A stretch of DNA of 64,000 nucleotides from Octopus sinensis. Its lineage: Eukaryota. Shown here one piece after another: positions 25,651-37,802 of this stretch. The stretch lies in assembly GCF_006345805.1 (NCBI RefSeq), contig NC_042998.1:95294001-95358000 (forward strand), read 5' to 3'. Below the pieces are notes generated by a model. It saw nothing but the letters and a program-made list of their open reading frames with translations. It had not been told where the DNA came from and did no database searches. The position numbers were made by a program, and so were the translations under genes. Within the stretch, counting starts at the first letter, position 1, and each line of letters starts with the position of its first letter.

Positions 25651-26999
25651 TTAACATGTATATGTAAACTTATGCAATTGTTAGAGTTAAAAATCTGAAT
25701 TACAAAAGGTATATGCATAGTTTTGCCAACAAATTTTCATAAATACTATAAAGCCAAAATTACGCCAGACGCTTCTTGAAGGAGGGGACTAAATAGTTCC
25801 TAATATTTAGCTAATCAAAGAATTTAGTCTTATACGTTCGCACAAATTCCACAATTAAGTGTTCCAAGCATGATCCTCTTACATTTGGAACTACATTTTT
25901 TTTTTCCAAGATGGTAGGGTTGCAGTTCAGTGATTTTGACTGGCTTTTTAAAGTTGAATGGCAGCATAAGAGGGGATCAGTTACGTTATTCCTCAAAGGA
26001 ATCATCGATAAGCAAAATAAGTTAGACGAACATGGATGAAATAAATTTTAAACTTAGAGTTCTTTATTAAAAGAAACTAAATACAAAATGAAAAAATTAA
26101 ATGAATTGGCAAAAGAGTAAAAATTGTAATCAACACCTTTGAGACGGAGATAATTGAAATTTGCCAACTTAAATTGGGTCCGTCGCATATCGTTTAGGCT
26201 CAGGTTAACAGACTGAACAAAGCATATAATTAGAGTATGATTAGAGACTTTTCAGCCGTGACTGTTTTAATGCTGATTTGAGAGACATTTGGTTGCTATG
26301 TTTCCGGTTCACAACGATAAATTTCAATAAATAACAAAAATAATATTTCCAGAAATGACAAGACACTTGTAAACTTTCCGTCGATTCTGAAACTCCGGCT
26401 GAGTACAACAACCAATTAAGTTTCGATTAGGTACAGATCCATTATTGAATGCAAAGAATCATGTAATGCAGTAATATAAATTACATTTAAGTTTCCAATA
26501 GCAGTGACGCTATTAGTAGTTTTTTCAATTATACCGGTTAAAGCAAATAAAAAATGAGTCACAACAGAAATCAAATTTATACGGTAAATTCAGCACGAGT
26601 ATGTATGCTCCTTCCGCCATAATAAGAACAGAAAAGACAATTTCAACGAAGATAAAGGACAGCTGGCAGATTTTTATCGTGGTTAAAGTGATCCTCGAAC
26701 AGGATGAAATAGTTGCCATTGCGGAAATAGGTTATACAAATAAATCATTGTGGGCGTTCGTCGTCACAACAGTACGATGCTTCAAGGTTCGTTCACATTT
26801 TAAAGCAAATTGAAATGTCCAAAGTGAATTCCATTGCCCAGTTTCATTCTAAGATAAATTATTCATATTAGTAAAAAGCGAAATGAAACGGCCTCACATA
26901 AACCTGTCATTTTCGTTGGAGCAGTATTTTAAAAATAGAAGCGAGTAACAAAATAAAGCAGTTATAGGAAGGAGTTGTAGGTATTTCAAATACACCACT

Positions 27000-27731
27000 T
27001 TACAGTTTATTGTATTCTTCCAGCTTTTGAATTAAATATATAGGTATTGCTATCAAGAAGAGATGTAGAAAATTAGATAAGAGACTGTATATGGAAATTC
27101 CAAGTTGGTAAGTGTTGGTAGAACTAACGTAATTTCCCAGACAGCCGTCATTGTTATAATTGCTTTGGGCGACAGCTTGGAGTCCGCAGCCTGGAGATTT
27201 ATAAATGCAACACGAATCTGGGAGATTGTGGTCACCCAAAATTCTGAACCATTCAGTCGACGAATAAATACCACAACAATTCATTGCGCGTTGTGTCGTG
27301 TTCCATGCAATTTGCGAAGTGGGATTCTTGAGATAATTCATTTGAGCAGCTTTCATTCGCTTGTTAATTTCACCGTGTACGTAACCCTTCGCTCCGATAC
27401 CGACCATACCAGTCAAAATTTGCACAATTGCTAGTATTAACACAAAATATGTCATAATAGTTAAGCACTTAGTGCTATTTAGTAATAACGATCCGATGGC
27501 AAACAGTGCAAGAAGGAAGTAGAGGGTTCCCGAACACAGTAGAAGAATAGAAAAAAGCTGGAAATGGCCACCAAATATATTTATAGGTCCACCGTATTCC
27601 ATCTGTATTACGACTCCAAAGGAAATTGTGAAGACGGCACCGCATAACAACACACAACTAAGAACTCCAAAACAACATCTCATTCCATTTACTGTCCATT
27701 GTTTCACCGTTTCAGCAGGGATAGTAGCCAT
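27000..27731 (-). CDS. Tetraspanin B, CD63-like, single coding exon (243 aa)
   Basis: Four TM segments, large loop with MNCCG, LPDSCC, GCG and DGC, C-terminus YNKL. The first ATG is at 27731 (AAAAATGG); the track start at 27767 is a TTG. Confidence 0.92.
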   Translation of the reverse strand: MATIPAETVKQWTVNGMRCCFGVLSCVLLCGAVFTISFGVVIQMEYGGPINIFGGHFQLFSILLLCSGTLYFLLALFAIGSLLLNSTKCLTIMTYFVLILAIVQILTGMVGIGAKGYVHGEINKRMKAAQMNYLKNPTSQIAWNTTQRAMNCCGIYSSTEWFRILGDHNLPDSCCIYKSPGCGLQAVAQSNYNNDGCLGNYVSSTNTYQLGISIYSLLSNFLHLFLIAIPIYLIQKLEEYNKL

Positions 27732-27751
27732 TTTTGTTTCATTACTTATTT

Positions 27752-27770
27752 CTGTGGAAGATAACAATTA
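27752..27770 (-). promoter_or_regulatory. Probable 3' splice acceptor of a 5'-UTR intron of tetraspanin B
   Basis: The minus strand reads TTGTTATCTTCCACAG|AAATAAGTAATGAAACAAAAATG: a pyrimidine tract plus CAG, 20 nt before the ATG. Confidence 0.5.
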
Positions 27771-27904
27771 TTTATAAGTGTTTCAGCAGCGTATCTTTGT
27801 TTAGTTTGCCAGGAAATAATTTAAATATGAAAAGAATATCTGGCGTGGTATTGAAAAGATGTAAATAAGCTGAAATCTTGGTATTAGTCTATATTGAAGA
27901 GAAA

Positions 27905-28443
27905 TTTCTTTATTAGGCATAAAGCCCCAACACAAAGTGGACGCTACAAGGACAGACAAGACCACAGTGGGATAAAAAACATAAACGAATGTAAATGAGA
28001 TGAAATTATATAAAAGATGAAAATGGTCGCTGGGCCCCACTCCCATGCGGTACCATTTGAACAGTTATATACATTATCTACAATTGTTCTTCGATATTTT
28101 TCTCCATTATTTTAAACATAACCTAAAACACTTTACTCTTTCTTTTTTTTTTCTACAATTTAACATACTTATATTCTTTTTAATAATACTTCATCAAGGG
28201 TTCAATGTCTATTAGATCCACTACTGGTGGCAATTCTTTGATTTCCACCCTCACTCCTGGTGGGTCAATCCTATCTCCACACATTTCTTCCAGTTTCTTG
28301 TAATTTTCTTTTTCGATAACTATCTCCTTCATATCCTCTGCATATATGTATGATGGTACTTTCACTCTTACTATTTGATTAAACTCGGCTATCTTCTTCT
28401 CTGTTTCTACATTCTTTGGGTACGTCACGTAATACCATGCTCC
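27905..28443 (-). mobile_element. 5'-truncated retroposon with a coding remnant, directly upstream of tetraspanin B
   Basis: Imperfect direct repeat ATTAGTCT(AAT)ATATTGAAGAG near 27883 and 28444. Tail GGGGCTTTATGCCTAATAAAGAAAT on the minus strand; 82-aa remnant 28180-28428. Confidence 0.55.
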
Positions 28444-28585
28444 ATTAGTCTAATATATTGAAGAGGGCAATAAAGATACATTGCAGTAAAAATCGCTTGA
28501 ATTTAACTTGTAAAACTTTATGCATACTCGGATTCTATAAGTATATTCCATTTTTATTTTTTAAATATAATACTCCGTTGTTTTA

Positions 28586-30222
28586 ATCAGCATACTATCC
28601 CATGTGTGCTCGCATTTGCTTTTTGTACTGGTGTTTGTGTAATGCTTGAATGTTTTGTGCTGTTCGGCAGCGGTTTTTGTAGTTGTGCTTTGTTTCTGCT
28701 TTCTCTTCTCGCGGAGGAGGGATGGCTTGGTGGAGGCACGTCTGTGGAAGACTGTAACTGTTCAGACTTGTTCTCGGCGGAGGAGGAGTTGCTGGCGGCT
28801 CTCCGGAGGATGGACGGTTGACTAAGCATAGAGAGGGGGAATTTCTGCCGACGTGGCGGAGTGTCAAGGGAGGGAAGTGGATATTAGGGAGTTTGGAGGG
28901 CATAGAGATTTAGTGAGTCGGGATGGCTTTGAGATGGAGCTGTCACCCTCGCAAGAGACAAGAGGCAGCGTTAGGGAGATGACGGTAATGTGCTGACCTG
29001 TTCGATAGGCTAGGGTAGAATTGATATTGTGGCTGCGGAACGGGAGCCGATCTGGAAAGATATCGTGTACCTCGCGGGAGGTTCGCTGTTTGGAGTGGGA
29101 GGTGAGGTTCGAGGACGCGGTGTCTGCGGGAAAGCAGGCGGTGACATCTATCAGGGGTGGGGGTGGTGCTTTTTGCACACTTACAGAGGACTGAGAGCGG
29201 CATGAGTGGATGTTGAGGGAGTCCCGCCGGAGGTCGATGTGGCCTGAGTGGCGGACGCTGTCCTCTTTGGTGGCGAGGACAGCATGGTGGTTCTCCAGGC
29301 CACGGGGAGGGAAAGTATGATATGGAAGGGACGGGCACTGGGCGTAGTTGTTCGGGGATCGGCCGAGACTCTGGAAAGTATCGCAGAATCAGCGATCACG
29401 GATAGAGTGATAGTGACGGTCGGAGTGGAGGGCGGTGTTCCGCGCTGCTTTGAATATAGCCGGAGGGGCCACATTGGAGCGGGTTGCTCTTCACAGGCCA
29501 AGGGGCGGAGGAGAGGAGATTGACCAGGACGAGGGGCGGAGGGAGAAGAGGCTGAAGAGTCTTAGAAAGGAAGAAACCAGAAAGGAGGAGTTAGTAGAGG
29601 CAACGGAGGATAAGTGGGAGAAAGTCACCGTAAAGAAGAGAAAGAAGGCAAGTGATTCGAACTGTAAACCCCAATCCACGCCTACCCATTCCCATCCGAC
29701 ACAAAAACAAAAAAGAAAGCAAACAAACACAAATAATTTTAAACTCCCTCCCCCAACTAAAAAAAAAAAGGTAAAAGAAATGCAAAGCTTTTATGCTATA
29801 TCGATCCAATAACGAATTGATAGATGAGTTTTCTTGATGGGACGAGGTAAAGGATGTAGGAACTACTGGATTTGATAACACTGGAGAGTGGCACAGGTGT
29901 GTGCTCCCAACAAAAGAACAAGAAGAGGTAATATATACGTTGGAACACGGTTACAGTTATTGGGAGTTGGACTATGACTGAGATTTATTACCAAATTACT
30001 CGACTTACGACAGGTTATTGGGGGAAACGGGTTTTGATATCTTAAAGGGATCAGATTTTAAAAAGTAGAAAGTGGAGCGAGTGATTCCATTTCTATTTTT
30101 TTTTTTTTTTCATTTTTCATTGTCATTCATATTATCATATTTTAGTTATTTTTGTCATTGTTATAGTCCCACATGTCTTGTATTATTCCGTCTATGTGCG
30201 CCCCTTGAGGGCAATAATGATA
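28586..30222 (+). mobile_element. GC-rich retroposon with decayed gag/ORF1-like frame (RRM-like region plus CCHC knuckle) and no visible ORF2
   Basis: VDVEGVPPEVDV...VTVGVEGGVPRCFEYSRRGHIGAGC, a CX2CX4HX4C knuckle with the second Cys mutated to Tyr. A basic low-complexity region follows, then a T-rich UTR and CCCCTTGAGGGCAATAA tail. Confidence 0.6.
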
Positions 30223-30519
30223 CAAACATATTATCTCGTATATTTTCATTCACAGATGTTTAGTAAATATATATTTGAACGAAAATATACGTTCACTGCA
30301 CTCTGAGGTATCTGTCACTTATTTCTAACCTGAAGTACTTCGTTCATGATGTTATTCCCGTTTCCTTTCATCAACTATCAGTAACTATCATTTCTACCAG
30401 TAACATCATCGGCAAGACTTCCGCTCGTCCCCACCCCAAAAGAAACAACCCTTAAAATAAATTTTTTTTTCGACACAACCCCCCCCCCCACCTTTCGGCT
30501 ACGGGGAATACGAATCTGC

Positions 30520-30925
30520 AAGAAAAATTGGCAAAAATCGACATTTCTAAATTACCACCCCCACCACCATTTCCTTCCTTTTAAACTTTTTTCACAATTT
30601 TTTTTTTTCAAAATATGCGAAAAAATACGGAAATTATAATTCTGAAAAAAATTTCTAAAAAATCTTTGTAAAATTTTTTTTTAAGAATTTTTTTTTTTTC
30701 CAAGTATGCGGAAAAATAAGGACATCATGATTCGGACAAAAATTCCAAAACATTTCTGTATTTACAGTTACGGTTTTAGGGTTAGGGTTAGAGTTAGGGT
30801 TAGGGTTTTAGGGTTAGGGTTAGGGTTAGGGTTTTAGGGTTTTAGGGTTAGTATTGGGGAAAAAGTCAAAAGTGAAGAAGTTGGGGGGGGGGTTCACAAT
30901 GCCGATTTTTGGCAATTTTCTGAAA
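30520..30925. mobile_element. Non-autonomous element with short inverted repeats and an internal telomere-type array
   Basis: GAAAAATTGGCAAAAATCGACATT (about 30522) and AATGCCGATTTTTGGCAATTTTC (about 30898) are near reverse complements. Confidence 0.5.
30776..30847 (+). repeat. Interstitial (TTAGGG)n tract, 11 units
   Basis: 10 perfect TTAGGG plus one TTAGAG, with three TT insertions. Confidence 0.95.
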
Positions 30926-32370
30926 CCTCCATATCCGAAAATGGGGATTTTTGCCCCCCCCCCAAAAAAAAACAAAAAAAAAAACAAATTTGAGAGAAAA
31001 TGAGGTGGGGACGGGTGAAAGACTTTCCATCATCATAAATCATTACTGATCCAAAATAATTTGTGTGTTTATCCTTCCTTATATACAGATTCAAAATAAT
31101 AAAAAATATTGTTTTGCATGGAAAGTGAAACAAAATGTGTATAAGAGGTTTATTGTTATGATACATAAGAAAACTAAAGATCTGCCTTCATTCTTGTTTG
31201 TTGCTAAACAAATCTCAAAGAAGCTGATTATTCTTATGTTATTTTTATTTAAAAAACTACAAATATTGAGTGATATCAATTATGAATGATTGAACCTTAA
31301 ACTAAAAAAACATAACACACTGTTTGTACATATTGATTTCAAATTTTGGCACAAGGCCAGTAATTTTGAGGAAGTTGTTAAGTCGATTACATTGACCCCA
31401 GTGTTCAACTGGTACTTATTTATCGACCCGAAAGGATGAAAGGCAAAGTCGACCTCGGCAGAATTTGAAACTGCATGTAAATATTAGAACGAAACTAATA
31501 TATTTTATACATTAGTCTGGTGCAGTGATTTTGGAATCTTGACCAATTCGAATATTCATTTATTTATTTTTTTTAGATTACTGTTGTGAGACAAGTCCTT
31601 GTATTTATCTGGGCCTTTATTAGTAGGAATATGACAATAAATATATGAATCTATAATAGTTAATGTTTAGCATCAAGTGATGAAGTGTAGTAGTTAGATG
31701 AGAAGCATGAGCAAAGAAACGATTTTTGGGTGGGTTAGTTCTGAAAGTGAAAGTTTGGGTGAAATAATAAATGCTGGTATCCATAAAAAAATAAACAGGT
31801 GGGGATCAATTCTTTATTGCTGACAAGGGGCCAAACACAGAGGAACAAATACATGTAACAAACAAAGCACTAAAATGGAGAAAGAAAACAAATGAAAAGG
31901 AATGAGAGAAATTAAATGAAAGGGTGGAATGACGCCACTTGACCCCACATCGAGCGGCGTAATTGAGACTTTTTTTCCCGTTAACTTGTCATATATATTT
32001 TCTGCTTTTCCTTTAAAAAAGGTTTTTCGCAATAATATTTCAGTCAACTTATTACATATTTTACTTTTTCTTCCTTTTAGAAACAAGTTTTTTTATACAA
32101 TAATACTACGTTTTATAAAAAAATCTTTACAAATTAAATTTCGCTAGGTCATCCAGATGATCGTGTTCAATGACTGGGGGCTGGCCAGATTGGAGCAATC
32201 TCGAGTATAACCAGCCGAAATTGCAAAGATAATCTAGAACTCGACAGAGAAAAGAAAACTCCGAATGACTTTTTCTTATTTTCTTTGTATCGTGTATCAG
32301 GATGTTTTGTTGTCCCCTTTTTTGTATCACCTGTCTGGATGTTTTGCGTTCTTGTCCCTTTTTTTGTATA

Positions 32371-32373
32371 TAT

Positions 32374-32409
<36 letters not shown>

Positions 32410-32444
32410 GCATATACATACATATGCATGGATATATATATATC

Positions 32445-32522
<78 letters not shown>

Positions 32523-32581
32523 AGCATATATATATATATATATGCGCATGCGTATATATATGCATATATATATATATATAT

Positions 32582-32615
<34 letters not shown>

Positions 32616-32673
32616 ATATATCTATATATCTATCTATCTATCTATCTATATATCTATCTATCTATATATATAT

Positions 32674-32714
<41 letters not shown>
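32371..32714. repeat. Compound (CA)n/(TA)n/(TATC)n microsatellite block
   Basis: Read directly; it produces the YIYIY ORFs in the track. Confidence 0.95.
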
Positions 32715-32717
<3 letters not shown>

Positions 32718-34651
32718 TTCCCAGTCTAGGAATCAAAACTACAATTTTGTGATCATAACTGCAACACCCTCACTACTAACCTATGCATATCCGCACTCAT
32801 AAAAGAAAGGTAACTAAAATCGGAAGGATAAGCGCAGAAAGAGGAATATATATATATATACACATAGTGTTATCTGGTTTTACTCGTTTCTTTTATTGGA
32901 CTACAGCCATGTTGGGACACCACCCTAAATAGTTTAGTCAAGCAAATCGACACTACTATTTACTTTTACACCTAGTACTTATACTATCGGTTATTTTGCC
33001 GAAAAACTATGGTACGTAGACGTAAATAAACCAACACCGGTTCTCTTTCATTGAATTCGATCTAAATTTAGCTACATAACGAATGGTAAAAAATAGTAAA
33101 ATATAATATCTGACAGCTGTGTCTGGGATATCCCAGCTATCGGAGCATTGTGTCGAGCGAAGACCCTGTAATTTGGGTATACTGCCATCGGGGAGATATA
33201 GATTAGACAGAGGAAGAAAATTCTTCATCGAGTCCAGGAGGGTGAGAAGGTCCAATTAAATCCAGTTAGATCAGGTCTTTTTTGTGAAAATTCACGATCA
33301 AAAAGGACGGATAGTTAGTACAGTGTGGTGAGAGTAAGGAAAGGATGGTGAGGCAGTAATCCGTATTGAGGGAAAATGAATGCTAGCAGTTCCAAAGTTG
33401 TGCAAATACTGAGAGGAGGAATAAAAAATAAATTCTGGTCAGAGAAAAGGTCGATAGGTCAGAGGTTTGTATAAGATACATATTGTTCAGTATATTGAAG
33501 GACATTCAGTCCAGAGGGAAAATTAATGCTAGCAGCTCCAAAGTTGTGCAAATGCTATTCATAAACACCTTACCGTTTATACATTGGAGAACAATTATAA
33601 GATGGAACTAATCAACTGATGAATCATCTTACTTCTTAAGTACCTACAGGCCTTCAACTAACCACTGATCTTTTTGATCTACAATAGATTTACCAGCACT
33701 ATAAAATCACCAGGGCAGTGTTTATAAAGTTTTTTTTATAAAATACCAGTGTTACCTTGAAAACTTTAGGATTGTTCCTTCTTCACAATTATCTCGAATG
33801 TTCTGACTGTGAAACTATAAAGGTGGAATTGGATATCAGGTGGGAAACAGCTCATCAGAGAATAGGAATTAGACATCGTCTAATATCTATTTTCTGATGT
33901 GTTGTTTCCAATTAGGAATCGAGTAAACTTAAGTTCTTTAGTCATGTTTAAATTGAGCCATTGATTTTGATCCCGCACATACTTTACGGAATGGAAAGGT
34001 ACAAATAAAGGTTTCATGCGCTTTTTGATATTTCGCTTGACTTTTACGTACGTTCTCTGCTCTTCATAATCGTAAAATCTAAGTTTTCCTCTCATCCAAT
34101 GGGGTGAAGATGATTTCTTTAATTTGCATCAAAACTGCATTCCGTTCTCTCATTTGTATTCTTTGCCTAAATCCAAAGACTGATATGAAGCAATTCTCTT
34201 TGTCCAGTACATCTACATTACTACCTAATAACTTACAGCAAAGATGCTATCATAATTTTAGAATGGGTTATTCAATAAAAGTCCATGATGCAACAGTTAT
34301 CTATGTATGTCAAACTAAAAACTTTTGTCGGTGTGACCAAGCTGAAGCCATGCAACCTTTCACATTATTTGCAGTACTTGCGAAAAGAACAATTTCGCTT
34401 CGTATTCTCTGTGAAATTATTTTTCTACGTCAGGCAATCAATAAAGTATAAAGTCTGAAACTAGTAAACCTCACCGTTTTCATTTCTGAACTCTCATGTT
34501 TTTAGTTCAAATTCATGCTGGAGACCTCTTTGACTTCTGTCCTTCGAAAGTCGCTAAAGTAAGTACTAGGAGGAATACACTGCAGTTGACACAATCAACT
34601 AAACATTCAAATCTAGGAATCTATGACCTTGCGTCAATGTTAGAAACTAAT

Positions 34652-34686
<35 letters not shown>

Positions 34687-34862
34687 CAAATTAGGCGCTA
34701 TTATATTTTCCAGAATGAGGCAGGCTATAGAACATTGAAACAATACCACTATAGAACAGACCGGTACAGTGAAAGCAGCAACAAATAATTTTAGCTAACA
34801 AGTTTTTATCTCGCTTCCGACATCTTTCCGTGTGATCAGATAAGCTTCCATTTCACTTCACA

Positions 34863-34927
<65 letters not shown>

Positions 34928-35319
34928 TTCAAATAATTTCACGTAAGCAATCTTATAGTATTAACAATTACGTTAGCTGTAAAATTTAGATAACTACTTT
35001 TGAGGGACTGAAGATTATTTAATTATATACTTTTATTTTTTTTATTTCTATTTTCTACTGAAAACTTCATCGTTTCCATTCTTCTAGAAATGCACTTTAC
35101 ATAGCTTGGTGTATACATTGTGAGGTATGTATATCTATACATATAAATTTAACATGAGCGATTCTTTCTTGTTTTGGGATTCACGGTCAAACGGCTACGT
35201 GGAATTGCGCGAAAATTACACAGATGTATAGAATGATCCGGTGGTGATGCTGGGCATTGTATTTTTTTCATAGCTCCCATGGTTACCGAGATAATCTACT
35301 ATAATAATACTTTTGTGTT

Positions 35320-36294
35320 TATGAATGAGAATGGAAGGAGTGATAAATGAATAAGGTGGTAATGGGATGATGAAAATTGTACGCTGAAAAAATAAATCAG
35401 CGTTTCAACTTTGTGTGAATATATGTGTATATAAAAGGGGGGGTATGTGAATATGTGTGTGCGTGCGCGTGTGTTTGTGTGTGTGAGTGTGTATGTGCGC
35501 CTTCAATGGAAGTGGGATAGTTAACATTCAACGCTGAAAAGAAAAATCAAACAGCGTTTCAACTCTGTGTATTTAGTATTTACTTACCAGCTCTTGTATT
35601 TAGTCACGGCCAACTTTATGTAGCCTTATGTCATACAAGAAGGAAGGAAAACTTGAAAATTCTTTTGAAGGAAACAGGCAGTCAAAGGATGTTAGTTGTC
35701 GATAGATTTTTCCCAAGTTTGGTAGTAAAAGAATTATTAAGCTAAAAACTTGGTTTTGCACGTCATCTACTATAATACCCTTGCGTTTTTCTCCGTCACA
35801 ACATATGAATGAGAAAGGAAGAAGCAATAGATGAATAAAGAAGGAAGGAGTGATGGCAAACTTCGTAGTGGGATGATGGAAACTGTACGGTGAAAAAGAA
35901 AAATCAAACAGCGTTTCAACTCTGTGTAAGTTTATGTGTGTGTGTATGTAAAAGGGAGGTATGTGTGTGTGCAATGGAAGTGGGATGGTGAACATTCAAC
36001 ACTGAAAAGAAAAATCAAACAGCATTTCAACTCTGTGTATTTGGTATTTACTTACCAGCTCTTGTATTTAGTCACGGCCAGCTTTATGTGGCCTTAAGTC
36101 GGACAAGAAGGAAGGAAAACTTGAAAATTCTTTTGAAGGAAACAAGCAGTCAAAGGATGTTAGTTGCGGATAGATTTTTCACAAAAAAATTTAGTAATAA
36201 AAGAATTATGAAACCGAAATCTTGGTTTTATACCTTATTTATTTATAAAATACTACAATTAGCCGTCATTTTTGACGGCACGGGGCCCAGCTCG
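35320..36294 (+). mobile_element. Tandemly duplicated Helitron 3' region ending in a hairpin and CTCG
   Basis: Both units encode the PIF1 helicase motif (second copy GIYLPALVFSHGQLYVALSRTRRKENLKILL). Hairpin GCCGTCA-TTTT-TGACGGC at 36262-36279, terminus CTCG|T at 36291-36295. Confidence 0.85.
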
Positions 36295-36369
36295 TATATA
36301 TATATTTATTTATACATACTATATAAACACACGCACAATATCAAATTATACATATATCTATATGTGTGT

Positions 36370-36665
36370 GTGTGTATTACTATCACTGCATCGACCTGAT
36401 TATCGGATGTTTTTTGCTCCGCTGCTCACAATGCGCTTCCTCGCATAGTAGCTTTCGAATGACGCCACTCCACTGGGTGGCAGGTGGGCCGAAATTCTTC
36501 CTAAACGGAATGCCATTCTATCGCAGGGTTATCCATTTACAGCTGAAAGGACTGGAGTTACGGGAAATGAAGTATTTTGCTCAAGAACGTAACGCCGGCC
36601 TGCGAACCGAAACCACGATCTTGTGATCGAGAGTGCAACACCATAATCGCCAACCACGAACCTAG
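36370..36665 (-). mobile_element. tRNA-derived SINE
   Basis: The minus strand carries a tRNA-like head with GGTTTCGGTTCGC and a body similar to the SINE at 42690-42930. Confidence 0.6.
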
Positions 36666-36716
36666 GTACATAATACACGTGCAAGTCAGTTAATTCAATG
36701 AGAATATAATTCAGTT

Positions 36717-37285
36717 TAATGAACACCAAATAACCCACACCCTCTTCGTCCCACCCTTCCCCTGCAGACACAAAACCCTACCCACTCCCCACACAAGAGA
36801 AAACAAAAAACAGATACACAGAACAACTTACAAAATTCCCCTCCCACTATAGGTATATTAGACAAGGAAGACGAAGACCTGTTGGAAATATTGAGGGACT
36901 GGGATGAAGTTAAATTACCGGATAGTTGGGATGAGGAGGAGTGGATGGAGGTTTTTTTTAACGGGGAAACAAGTGAAAGAACTTGAAAATGAACTGAACA
37001 ATGTTTTTGTGTGAGTAAGAAAGGATATAGACCCGGACAAGGAAAAATAACTAGAAAGAAAGTACGGGGTGAAAATAAGGGACTATGTATTTTTCGAAAG
37101 ACTATAAGAAGAGGACATAGGAAAAGAGGACAGGTAAGTGATGCTATCCGATGGGGCAGGTAACATTACTCTCATTTTTCATTTTCACCCTCTCATTTTT
37201 ATCATAGGTTTTTTTGTTTTTTTTTTGGCGTTTTATGTCCCCAATTTGTTTCTTATCTTTGTCAACCCTTTATGGGTATTAAAGA
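36717..37285 (+). mobile_element. 5'-truncated retroposon related to the 28.6-30.2 kb element, with a 20-bp TSD
   Basis: AATGAGAATATAATTCAGTT exactly at 36697-36716 and 37286-37305. The C/A-rich block resembles 29685-29750; tail ACCCTTTATGGGTATTAAAGAAAT. Confidence 0.75.
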
Positions 37286-37770
37286 AATGAGAATATAATT
37301 CAGTTGACCGAACAAATAAATATTCATCCTCTAGGCGACAGAGATGCAATTATTCTCTTTCCTTTGCATTATCCTAGTGTTCAAGCTTAGCCAAGATAGA
37401 CTTAACTTTTCATACTAATTGGTTTGTTTTATAGACTAAGTCTTCTCCAATACCAACTAGACTTTGTCAGTTTCAATTCCCATTGTTTCCACTCCTCAAT
37501 TTTCGTGACTCCCATTGGCCTAATTAAAGAAATCACAGCAACCGGTTTATGAATAATGAAGTACAGTTCACTGTTTAAGTGTTCAAGTTGAAATATATGC
37601 AAATCGTTCAGTTTCCATTTTGTAACCAAACCACCACTACGAATGAGTAGAACAAAAACAATATCCCGATCTTCCTTCAGAATTATTCTTACAATATTTT
37701 TTCTTCGTTCGTGATAAGGGAATGATTACTGAACCTAATTTGAACAAGGCTTTTCAATAAATGCGTGTCC

Positions 37771-37802
<32 letters not shown>

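Noticed and set aside
30776-30847. True telomere or chromosome-fusion site
   Set aside because: Short, single orientation, no head-to-head array, and embedded in a repeat element.
32127-32752. Several YIYIY-rich ORFs
   Set aside because: Translations of TA microsatellites.
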